From Verrucomicrobiia bacterium (GTDB lineage Bacteria; Verrucomicrobiota; Verrucomicrobiia; Palsa-1439), in NCBI GenBank assembly GCA_035515475.1, contig DATJBF010000005.1, positions 41,420-105,419 on the forward strand: a stretch of 64,000 nucleotides of DNA, given 5' to 3'. Within the stretch, counting starts at the first letter, position 1; the number at the start of each line of letters is the position of its first letter. Shown piece by piece: positions 31,304-39,983 of the stretch. The notes below the pieces were generated by a model. That model saw nothing but the letters and a program-made list of their open reading frames with translations. It was not told the DNA's origin and ran no database searches. Position numbers and translations under genes: made by a program.

Positions 31304-33322
31304 CTAGAACCGCACGGTGCAGCTGGCGCTGGCGAGGTGGGCGATGTAGTTGTCGACGCCGCCGCTACTGCGGTCGTCGTAGGCATAGTATCCGTAGCGG
31401 AGGCGGGCGATGATATGATTGGAAATCCGGTGGGTGAGACCGACGAGCAGCCCGTGGCGTTGGTAGTCCAATCCCAACGGGAGACCGGCGGCTGAGTTGT
31501 CGGTGAAATTGTCCGAGCGGGAGTAGGTGTACTCGACGTTCACGTCGGTCTTCTTGTCGAGCGCGTAGCCGGCGGTGCCCATGATGGTGTACACGTTGCC
31601 GACGTAATCAACCACGGCCGGGTTTCCATTGGCGAACGACGAGGTGCGCGTGTCGTCAAGCGAGAAGAGGCCGGTCACGTACAGGCGCGCGATCGGCGTG
31701 ACCGTGGCGCTGACGCTGTAGATATTGGCGTCGAAATTGCCCGAGGTCAGTTCGCCACCCGGCGCCAGCATGGGAACGGAGTCGGTGGTGGTCTTGATGT
31801 CGGTGGCCAGCTTCTGGTAGCGGAACGCCACGTTGAAGTAGCGGCAAGGGCGCAGCGTCAACTTGGCGGTTACCTCGTCCTCGATAAAGTTCTGTCCCGT
31901 AATGAACGCGGGATAGCCCGCGATCGTGTCGAGAGTGTGGTCGTAGTCGTTGTCGTAGATGCTGTGGCGGTACCGGCCGGCGAGGGTGACCCGGGGAAGC
32001 GGCGCGGTGTTGAAGCCGACGGTGTAATCCTGGCGCCAGATGTCGGTATCGGTCTTGCGGGCGAAATCCAGCGCGGCGTCTTGGGTCTCGCGTTCTTCGA
32101 GGTCGATCGACTGTTCGTTCCACCGTCCTTCGGCGTAGAGCGTGGTGAACGGAATCTTGGTGTAGCGCAGCCCGACGGTCTCTTCGAGGCTGCGCTTGTT
32201 GTTGCTGCTATGAATGAGCGCTTCGGGGCTGTTGGTCGCGCCGCCGCCCGCGAGCTGGGTCAGGAACGCGTCGGTGAATCCATGGGTGTCCGTCTTCTCG
32301 GCCTCGGCTCCGGCGGCGATGGTCAAGCCGGCGAACGGGCCGAACATGGTGTTGAAGTTGACGACGTGGGAGTCCACATCGACGGCAATCACACTCGTGA
32401 CCCAATCCCGGTCAAACGGAGCACTGAACGGCTCGGTGTTGATGGACAGGCCGCCGCCACCGTTGAGGCTGGTGAACAAATACCCGAGCGACCAATACAC
32501 CTTGTCGTTTACATGCTGGTCCATGCGGAACGCATTGGAGAACTCGTCGTGATGGTAGTGCTCGGTGACGGTGACGGTCTGGCCGGCGGCGGAGACCAGG
32601 TTGGTGGAGGCATCGTGCCGTTGGTCGACGTTGCGAGGATGTTCGTAACGGAATTGATCGGCCAGATGCAGGCTGTTGATGTCGTGTTCCACGTCGGCCT
32701 TGATGATGTCGACCGTCTCATTGACGTGCTCGTAGGACGGGAAGATGTTACGGGTGGTGATGCCCTGGGTGGTGGCGCCCCATTCCAACAACGATTCTTG
32801 GCCCTGGCGGATCTGTCGCTCCACACCCAAGGTAAGCTTCGGCAGGTTCGGCAGCGTCAGCCCCACCTCGGCGAAGGCGTCGCCGTGGCGGACAAACAGA
32901 TCCTGCGCGGTCCCGAACGCAGGTGGAACCAGACCCCGGAAAAACCCACCGGCGCTGTCGTAATACGACTGGAATTCGGTGAAACCTCCGCGGACGAAAC
33001 CCACGTCGGGGTTCACGATTTCCAGCCGCAACTTGTAGTCTTCGTCGTCGAAGAGTGCCCGGCCTTGGACATTCAACTGCCAATTCTTGTTGAGCTTCTG
33101 ACTATAGGTCGCGTCTTCGATCCCGCCCGACCAGCCGTTCTTGATCCACCAGTCCTGACGGAACTTGTTCGCGTCGCCCTTCACGGTAACGTACTGGCCC
33201 CCGGATGTGACGCTCACTTCGGGAGGCGACGTCGAGTTGGTTTCCGCCGTCGTGGCCGGGGGAGACACGAGCGCGAGCGCGGGAAGGCCGATCATGAACA
33301 TTATCAGGATCGATCGTTTCAT
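31304..33322 (-). CDS. large outer-membrane beta-barrel protein (MtrB/PioB-like porin of a porin-cytochrome conduit)
   Basis: Signal peptide (MKRSILIMFMIGLPALALVS), about 670 aa of alternating amphipathic beta-strand pattern rich in Y/G/T/N, and terminal residue Phe (…CTVRF). Immediately downstream of two multiheme cytochrome genes in the same orientation. Confidence 0.6.
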   Translation of the reverse strand: MKRSILIMFMIGLPALALVSPPATTAETNSTSPPEVSVTSGGQYVTVKGDANKFRQDWWIKNGWSGGIEDATYSQKLNKNWQLNVQGRALFDDEDYKLRLEIVNPDVGFVRGGFTEFQSYYDSAGGFFRGLVPPAFGTAQDLFVRHGDAFAEVGLTLPNLPKLTLGVERQIRQGQESLLEWGATTQGITTRNIFPSYEHVNETVDIIKADVEHDINSLHLADQFRYEHPRNVDQRHDASTNLVSAAGQTVTVTEHYHHDEFSNAFRMDQHVNDKVYWSLGYLFTSLNGGGGLSINTEPFSAPFDRDWVTSVIAVDVDSHVVNFNTMFGPFAGLTIAAGAEAEKTDTHGFTDAFLTQLAGGGATNSPEALIHSSNNKRSLEETVGLRYTKIPFTTLYAEGRWNEQSIDLEERETQDAALDFARKTDTDIWRQDYTVGFNTAPLPRVTLAGRYRHSIYDNDYDHTLDTIAGYPAFITGQNFIEDEVTAKLTLRPCRYFNVAFRYQKLATDIKTTTDSVPMLAPGGELTSGNFDANIYSVSATVTPIARLYVTGLFSLDDTRTSSFANGNPAVVDYVGNVYTIMGTAGYALDKKTDVNVEYTYSRSDNFTDNSAAGLPLGLDYQRHGLLVGLTHRISNHIIARLRYGYYAYDDRSSGGVDNYIAHLASASCTVRF

Positions 33323-33332
33323 GAGCGCATCC

Positions 33333-34199
33333 CTAGTACCGCAAGTGGGAGTTGACATCCGAACCATGCACCGCGGTGTGACAGCCGGCGCTGAAACAGG
33401 TGCCGCGGCTCAGGAACGGCGTGTGATCGAACTGGCCGATGATGGTCATGCCCCCCGAGCCGGGCAGCGCGACCTGGGCGTGGCATTTCAGGCACAGATT
33501 ATTGTCCTGCTCGGTAAGCAATTTGTCGTTGATGGAGCCGTGCACGTTGTGGCAGGTGGTGCAGCCCTCGCGCAGTGCTTCGTGTTCGAACACGTGCGGC
33601 CGGGCCTGCTCGCGGTGGCATCGGGCGCAGGTCTCATTGGCGCGGGTGAGAAACGTGCCTTTGGCCTGCATGATGTTTTCGCCGTGCGGATCGTGGCAAT
33701 CGGTGCAACTCATTCGGCCTTCTTTGACCGGATGATGGTGGGGAAGGCTGAACTCCGCGTTCTTGTCGAGATGGCATTGAAAACACATGTCGGGGCCCTT
33801 GCCGGAGATGATAAATCGATCCTTGGGCGTGCCGCCGCCGGCATCAACGTGCAGGCTGCCCGGCCCGTGGCAGGATTCGCAGCCCTGGCCCTCGACCCGC
33901 TCCCCCTCGCCGGGAATCTGGATGCGGGCATGCGCGGTGAGTTTGAAGTTCTGGACTTCCTTCTCGTGGCAGAGCGCGCATTGGTCCATGCCGACGTACT
34001 TCGCCCCGGGAATCATCGGCGGCGCCACGACAACCCGGTCCACCGTCGCACAAGAGATCAAGAGTCCGACGATGGCGATGCCGCCGATGATGCTTCCCAG
34101 GTACAGCTTCCTGGAAGTAGCCGTGCTCAAGGCCTGTCCTCGTTCAGCGGAGGTCCGCGCTCGGGAAATCGCCGGTAACACCGCCGTAGGGATTGCCAA
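33333..34199 (-). CDS. periplasmic octaheme c-type cytochrome (MtrA/OmaB-like)
   Basis: 7 CxxCH plus one CX4CH (CALCH, CESCH, CFQCH, CTDCH, CARCH, CTTCH, CLKCH, CFSAGCH) in about 260 aa; N-terminal signal/anchor. True start probably slightly downstream of 34199 (the ORF overlaps the upstream stop). Confidence 0.85.
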   Translation of the reverse strand: MAIPTAVLPAISRARTSAERGQALSTATSRKLYLGSIIGGIAIVGLLISCATVDRVVVAPPMIPGAKYVGMDQCALCHEKEVQNFKLTAHARIQIPGEGERVEGQGCESCHGPGSLHVDAGGGTPKDRFIISGKGPDMCFQCHLDKNAEFSLPHHHPVKEGRMSCTDCHDPHGENIMQAKGTFLTRANETCARCHREQARPHVFEHEALREGCTTCHNVHGSINDKLLTEQDNNLCLKCHAQVALPGSGGMTIIGQFDHTPFLSRGTCFSAGCHTAVHGSDVNSHLRY

Positions 34200-36732
34200 C
34201 GGTGGTCGTCCGCCTGTCGAACGTGTTCGTACTGAGCATCGTGTAGGTCCACTGCAGGAGGCGGACAGTGTAAGCGGTATTATGCACGCCGTGGCTCAAC
34301 TCGCGGGCGATCATCTGGTAGTTCCAGACGGCGGCATGCTGAGCGGTCGCCACAACCGTGTTGGTGGAGTACCCACTCCAGAACGGGTAACCGGCGCTAT
34401 GCTTGAGGGAGTTTGTCGCCGTCGAGCTGTCCACGCAATTCGTCATCTTGTCTTCCAGATTGGCCAGCAGGCCATCGACTTCCGTCTGCACGCCGCTGAC
34501 CGTGCCGTCACCGTTGTAGTCGGCCGCGCCGGGGAACCCGCTTCGGACAATCGAGACGTGATCGAAACCTTCGGCTTCCGTAACCGGATCCACGCCGGCG
34601 TGGCACTGGTTGCACGCGGCAATGTCATCTTCCCCCGTCAATCGGTCGCTCATGCTGAACGTGTGATCGCCGACCGTGTTCACGCCGGCGTTATACATGT
34701 GGCAATCGATGCACTTGGCCACACCGGAGTGCGCCGAGTTTTCGAGGGTGACGCTAGCCACCGGCACGAGATTGGTCACTCCGCCGGTGACCACCGTCGC
34801 CACCACATTGGTGACGGTGTCGAACCCGAGGAGGATGTCGGTTGCCGTGCTTTCGTGGGGTAAGCTACTCATGTAATACGGCTTGCCGCTGCTGACTTGG
34901 TACGGATTCGCGCGGGCGTTGTGGCATTGCATGCACAACGCGGAAGCGCCCTGACCAGTCAGGACGGCATTGGTGCCGGTCGAAGTATCAATGCTGTCGA
35001 GCGTGACCGTGTCATACACCCGGACCTGATGAGCATCCGCCGGGAACATCGCGACGTTGTGTGGATCGTGGCAGGCCTGGCAGGTGAGCCGGCCGGCTTC
35101 CAAGCGCGTGAGCGCCTTGCCCTTCAGGTAATCGACGAAGCTCGTCGGCGAATGGCACTTGGCGCACGAAGGGTTGGGGGCTTCGCCGATCGACACGGAA
35201 AGATATTCATCATCGGCGCCGTGCGGTCCCAATCTCCATTGCTTGGGCCGGTTATGGAAATGGCCATCCTGATGGCAAGTGGCGCACACGGCGACGTCCA
35301 GGTTGGCCGACTCGGCACCGGGGTGCTGGCTACCAGGGCCGTGGCAGCTTTCGCACTGGATGTTGGCCTTGTTCTGCAACGCCGCCGGCATCGCCGCATA
35401 GTTGCCGTACTGCAGCACGGTGGGGAACGTCCAGCCGACTTCCTGCTGGACCGCGTAAAAGTTTCCATTAGTTGCCGAAGGTGACTGGTTGTAGCCCACG
35501 GTATGGCAGGCCAGACAGCTGGCATTGTACGAGGAGCCCAGCAGCCCGTCGATGCCCCGCTGGGCCATCGTGGCGTGCAGCGTCTGGCTCCACGGCGTGT
35601 AGTAATCTTCCAATCCGACCAGCGGGCTGGTTCCGTGACACGACGCGCAGGTGGCGACCCCGACATACGTGGCTCCCCGCACGGTCACGAACGAAGAGTT
35701 TGTCTTCCCGCCGCCGCTCACTGTCAGTTGCAGGACATAATCACCTTCCGCGTCCGGTTCCAGGGACGGCGTGCGTGTCTTGGAGCCCACCAACACCGCG
35801 GTCGAACCGGTCGGCTTGGCCGTGATACTCCAACTGTAGGTCGAGGCGTTTGTTCCGTTGGGTGCCCCGGTCAAGTACTGTCGCTCGCCGAGCGGGATGG
35901 ACGGCTGTCCCGGTGAAACACTGGTCGAAATCACCGTGACGGTACCCGTCGCGGCATGCGCCGCATCCGAAACGATGACTTGAAGATGGTAGGTGGTCGC
36001 CGTTACCTGCTCTGAGGTGAAGTGGACGAGGTTCGAGTTCGTCGCCAGATCGTACGAGTTCTCCAGATCGACGGGATCCAGGACGTTGGTGACGCCGCCG
36101 CTCGTGACGTCCAGCAAATTAGTGAAGCTGGTGAGCGGCAGTGTGTTAAATGTCGGCGCATTTGTGGTCGTGGAACTGAACGTCGCGTTTGTCCGCACGT
36201 CGGTGTCGGTCAGGCTCCAGGCGTACGTGAGGGGCGGAGTGAATCCGTTGGTCGAGACCGCGTCCGCGTTGACGGCGACGTTCGTGTTAAATCCGACATC
36301 GTAAAGAGTCGTTTGCGGCGTGGTGGGCGCGGCGGCTGCGCTGATCGTAATCAGAACCGACTTCTGGCCGATGTTCCGGCGACCGAGCTTCGCTTTCACG
36401 CGCAGCACGGCTGTGCCCAGGAAATTGGTCGGGATCGCCACCGAGTCGCTCGTTACCGACATGACACCGGCGACGACTGAGTTTGTGAGGGCGGGGAAGA
36501 GCACCCGTAATTTCTTACCCGTGAGCCGGCCTTTGGTAACGAGAACACCCGGGCTCGTCACGGTCAGATTGAGTTGATACGTGAGCGTGCCGCCGGATGT
36601 CGGGCTCCCGCCGATCTGGAGCGTTCCCAGTTGGGCTGGTGGAGGTTTGGCCGCGCAAACGGGCTGCAAAACCGAAGTCACCAGCGCGCCGACCAACAAG
36701 CTGGTGCCAACAAACAAGGCGTGTCGAGACAT
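34144..36732 (-). CDS. large secreted/cell-surface 9-heme c-type cytochrome with N-terminal beta-rich (Ig-like) repeats
   Basis: Start MSRHALFVGTSLLVGALVTSVLQPVCA (signal) with GGAGGA RBS. About 380 aa of Thr/Ser/Val-rich strand-like repeats, then 9 CxxCH (CASCH, CLACH, CESCH, CATCH, CAKCH, CQACH, CMQCH, CIDCH, CNQCH). Confidence 0.85.
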   Translation of the reverse strand: MSRHALFVGTSLLVGALVTSVLQPVCAAKPPPAQLGTLQIGGSPTSGGTLTYQLNLTVTSPGVLVTKGRLTGKKLRVLFPALTNSVVAGVMSVTSDSVAIPTNFLGTAVLRVKAKLGRRNIGQKSVLITISAAAAPTTPQTTLYDVGFNTNVAVNADAVSTNGFTPPLTYAWSLTDTDVRTNATFSSTTTNAPTFNTLPLTSFTNLLDVTSGGVTNVLDPVDLENSYDLATNSNLVHFTSEQVTATTYHLQVIVSDAAHAATGTVTVISTSVSPGQPSIPLGERQYLTGAPNGTNASTYSWSITAKPTGSTAVLVGSKTRTPSLEPDAEGDYVLQLTVSGGGKTNSSFVTVRGATYVGVATCASCHGTSPLVGLEDYYTPWSQTLHATMAQRGIDGLLGSSYNASCLACHTVGYNQSPSATNGNFYAVQQEVGWTFPTVLQYGNYAAMPAALQNKANIQCESCHGPGSQHPGAESANLDVAVCATCHQDGHFHNRPKQWRLGPHGADDEYLSVSIGEAPNPSCAKCHSPTSFVDYLKGKALTRLEAGRLTCQACHDPHNVAMFPADAHQVRVYDTVTLDSIDTSTGTNAVLTGQGASALCMQCHNARANPYQVSSGKPYYMSSLPHESTATDILLGFDTVTNVVATVVTGGVTNLVPVASVTLENSAHSGVAKCIDCHMYNAGVNTVGDHTFSMSDRLTGEDDIAACNQCHAGVDPVTEAEGFDHVSIVRSGFPGAADYNGDGTVSGVQTEVDGLLANLEDKMTNCVDSSTATNSLKHSAGYPFWSGYSTNTVVATAQHAAVWNYQMIARELSHGVHNTAYTVRLLQWTYTMLSTNTFDRRTTTVGNPYGGVTGDFPSADLR

Positions 36733-36757
36733 GTCTTTTGTCCTCCAGCCAACCATC

Positions 36758-36777
36758 TTGGCAGGGCACGTGCCAGC
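36758..36777 (-). promoter_or_regulatory. candidate sigma-54 (-24/-12) promoter upstream of the 9-heme cytochrome gene
   Basis: Minus-strand sequence CTGGCAC-GTGCC-CTGCC matches TGGCAC-N5-TTGCW except for one position, about 25-45 nt upstream of ATG 36732. The adjacent gene encodes an NtrC-type sigma-54 activator. Confidence 0.35.
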
Positions 36778-37078
36778 CCGCCTCTCGGGCTCCACAAGGA
36801 CCTAGCCATCAAACGCTTAATAAGCCTTTAGCTCTTTCGTCGGTCGAGGTAAAGCTAATTCTAGCGCGACTTCGCTCGGTCGATTGCGTGATTCCGCGCG
36901 GACTCCGCGATGGGTGTCGTCGCGCCGGCGCCATTTCATGCGGGTTTCAGGGAAGGCGAGCGCCCGTGGCACAACCACTGCTGGGCCGAGACGCGCATGT
37001 TATCGGCCAAAGTACTCTGGTCTGTCGTCGCCTTGATTGGGCTCGCGGTTCTGGCTCTTTCGGCCATCGTGATTGTCA

Positions 37079-38476
37079 TCAGCACGTCGCCGCGCTAGGC
37101 TCGCCCGCCGCGTCCAGCAAACCGTACTTCACCAGCCGCCGTCGCAACGCGTCGCGTTCGATGCCCAACAATTCCGCCGCGCGGGTTTGGTTGCCGCCGG
37201 CGCGCTCCATCGCCTGCAGGACGAGTTCGCGTTCGACTTCGGCCAGCGCCACGCCCCGGCCGGGCAGTTCGACCACCCATTTCCCGTTCTTCTTCACGCC
37301 GGCCCGGATTTCAGGAGGGAGATGCTTGGGCTGAATGACGTCGTCGGATTCCAGGATGACCAACCGTTCGACGGCGTTGCGCAACTCGCGGACGTTCCCC
37401 GGCCAATCGTAACACCGCAGCGCGTCCCCGGCCTCGGGGGACAATTGTTTCGGCGACTTCTTGAATTCTTCGGCAAAGTGCTTGAGAAAATGTTCGGCCA
37501 ATTGGGGAATGTCCTCGCGTCGTTCTCGCAACGGCGGGATGTCGACCGAGATCACCTTCAGTCGATAGAGCAAGTCTTGGCGGAACTCACCACGCGCCAC
37601 GGTTTCGGTGAGGTTCTTGTTGGTGCAGGCGATGACGCGGACATCCACCGCGATGTCCTGCGTACCGCCGACCCGGCGAAATTGCCGGGTCTCGAGTACG
37701 CGCAGCAACTTGGCCTGCATCGCCGGTTTGAGGTCGCCGATTTCATCGAGCAGCAACGTGCCGCCGTCGGCCAACTCGAATAACCCTTTCCGGGACGTCT
37801 TCGCGTCGGTGAACGCGCCGCGCTCGTGGCCGAACAATTCGCTTTCGAACAGGTTTTCCGGCACGGCCGAGCAATTGATGTCGAGGAACGGATGTTCGGC
37901 GCGTCGGCCGCCGAAATGGATCGCCCGCGCGGCCAGTTCCTTGCCCGTCCCGTTCTCGCCTTCGATCAGCACCGTGGTCGCGTCGCTTTCGGCAATCTTG
38001 GCGAGCAACTCGCGCGCAGCACGCATCGGGGGGCTTTGGCCGACGAGATTCTCCAGACCAAACTTCCGCGCCTGTTGGCGTTGCAGGCGGGCGACTTCAC
38101 GGCGCAGCTTTAATTCCCCGCGCGCCTTGTCCAGCGCCACGCGGACCTCATCGAAGTCGAACGGCTTGCACAGATAATTGTGGGCGCCGAGCCGGACGCA
38201 TTCCACCGCGCGGGCGATGCCCGTATCGGCGGTCAACATGATGACGGCGATTTCCTTTCCGAGATTCTTGATTTCCTGCAGCACCTGGACGCCGTCCATG
38301 CCGGGCAGGCGCAGATCGAGCAGCACCAGATCGTACCCATCGTTGCGGATCAGGTTGAGTCCTTCCTCGCCGCTGGGGGAGGTCTCCACCTCGTAGCCTT
38401 CGCGCATCAGCTTTTGCTGAAGCGACCAGCGCACCAGCTTCTCATCGTCAATGACCAATACTTTGGCTCTAGCCAT
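37079..38476 (-). CDS. sigma-54-dependent response regulator (NtrC family)
   Basis: Receiver (KVLVIDDEKLVRWSL...LVLLDLRLPGMDG), AAA+ sigma-54 interaction domain (GENGTGKELAARAIH, ESELFGHERGAFT GAFTGA motif) and C-terminal Fis-type HTH. Confidence 0.9.
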   Translation of the reverse strand: MARAKVLVIDDEKLVRWSLQQKLMREGYEVETSPSGEEGLNLIRNDGYDLVLLDLRLPGMDGVQVLQEIKNLGKEIAVIMLTADTGIARAVECVRLGAHNYLCKPFDFDEVRVALDKARGELKLRREVARLQRQQARKFGLENLVGQSPPMRAARELLAKIAESDATTVLIEGENGTGKELAARAIHFGGRRAEHPFLDINCSAVPENLFESELFGHERGAFTDAKTSRKGLFELADGGTLLLDEIGDLKPAMQAKLLRVLETRQFRRVGGTQDIAVDVRVIACTNKNLTETVARGEFRQDLLYRLKVISVDIPPLRERREDIPQLAEHFLKHFAEEFKKSPKQLSPEAGDALRCYDWPGNVRELRNAVERLVILESDDVIQPKHLPPEIRAGVKKNGKWVVELPGRGVALAEVERELVLQAMERAGGNQTRAAELLGIERDALRRRLVKYGLLDAAGEPSAATC

Positions 38477-39983
38477 GGCTGAATACCTCCTCCCGTACGT
38501 CCGCTTCGGACGGAGCCCAGGCGGCAAATTCCAGGGTGAACGTGCTTCCCCGGCCGACGTCGCTGGTCACTTCAATCACGCCCCGGTGTTTTTCCACGAT
38601 GGTCCGGGTAATGGCCAATCCCAGTCCTGTGCCGCGGTGTTTCGTCGTGAAGAACGGCGAGAAAATCTTCCGCAGGTTCTCCGGCGCGATGCCGTTGCCC
38701 GTGTCGCAGATGCTGACGCGGACGGACCGATCGTGACCGGGCCGCAACACTTTGTTCAACGTTTCCGCGCGCACCGTCAACGTACCGCCGTCGGGCATCG
38801 CTTGAACGGCGTTCAGGAGGACGTTCAGGACCGCCTGTTGAACTTGGGAACTATCGGCGCAGATCGGTGGCAGGTCGGCCGGACACTGCTCGACAATTCG
38901 CACGTGCTGCTTCTGAGCGTCGGGCCGAATCAGCCCGAGCATGGGCTTGATGATATCGCTCACGGCGCAGGCCGCGATCTCCGGGTCGCGCTGGCGCGAG
39001 AAATCCAGCAACTCCCGCAAGGTGGCGTTCAAGCGCGCGATCTGCCGCCGGATTTCGGCGACAATCTCGCCCTGCTGTCCGTTGCCGCCGTTTTCCGACA
39101 GCACTTCCACTGCCGCGCCGATGCCGGCCAACGGATTGCGGATCTCGTGGGCGATGCCCGCGGCCAGTTCGCCAATCGAGGCGAGCTTGCCCGCTTGTTG
39201 GATCTGCTTCTCGTGCGACTCGTGCAATTCGCGTTTGGCGGCATCGAGGCTCTGCAGCATCCGGTTGAAACCGGTGGCGAGCTCGCCGATTTCATCTTTG
39301 GTCTGCGCGGCGACCCGAACGTTGAGGTCGCCGGCCTGGACCTTGCGCATTTGTTCCAAGACCTGACTGACGGGTTGAGTGACCAGCCGGACGATGAGCA
39401 GCCACAACACAACGCCGACCAGCACGAAGATCACCACGCCGTAGGCGATGAGCAGATTGCGGTTGCTGGCCACGCTGGCTTCGGCGGGCGCGAGGGACCG
39501 TTCCAGGACAATCGCGCCGTTGTATCGCTGCCGGGGATCGTGACATTTCTGGCAGCTGTCGACGTTGGTGACCGGGCGCATGGCGACGGCGAGACGTTCG
39601 CCGTTTTCGGTCCGCTCCCCCTGCAGCACACGGCCTTCGCCGAACAATTCCGGCGGCACGGTCATTACGGCGTGCTCGATCTCCTGGGTTTCGGTCGAGA
39701 ACGCCACCGTGCCGTCGACGCGGATCACGCGGCCCCGGCGGATTTCGTCGCTGGCCTGCATCCGCATGAGGAATCCCTGCAACTCCAGATGGCGATCGCT
39801 GAGCATCACGCCGTTGAGGTACTCGTGCACCATCGAGGCCGCGATGAGATTCTGCGCCTGGGTGCGCTCGTGCCACCATTCGCTTTGGACGCGAATCACG
39901 AAATACGTGTAGATCCCGATTACCATGGCAACCGTTACGCCGACGGCCACGAGAACTTTCGCCGTGAGATTACGTCGCAGCAT
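38469..39983 (-). CDS. sensor histidine kinase with periplasmic heme-c-binding (CxxCH) sensor domain
   Basis: Two TM segments flank a periplasmic domain of about 150 aa containing CQKCH. HAMP, HisKA (IAHEIRNPLAGI) and HATPase_c (DTGNGI, GTGLGL) follow. Overlaps the downstream regulator start by 8 nt. Confidence 0.85.
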   Translation of the reverse strand: MLRRNLTAKVLVAVGVTVAMVIGIYTYFVIRVQSEWWHERTQAQNLIAASMVHEYLNGVMLSDRHLELQGFLMRMQASDEIRRGRVIRVDGTVAFSTETQEIEHAVMTVPPELFGEGRVLQGERTENGERLAVAMRPVTNVDSCQKCHDPRQRYNGAIVLERSLAPAEASVASNRNLLIAYGVVIFVLVGVVLWLLIVRLVTQPVSQVLEQMRKVQAGDLNVRVAAQTKDEIGELATGFNRMLQSLDAAKRELHESHEKQIQQAGKLASIGELAAGIAHEIRNPLAGIGAAVEVLSENGGNGQQGEIVAEIRRQIARLNATLRELLDFSRQRDPEIAACAVSDIIKPMLGLIRPDAQKQHVRIVEQCPADLPPICADSSQVQQAVLNVLLNAVQAMPDGGTLTVRAETLNKVLRPGHDRSVRVSICDTGNGIAPENLRKIFSPFFTTKHRGTGLGLAITRTIVEKHRGVIEVTSDVGRGSTFTLEFAAWAPSEADVREEVFSHG

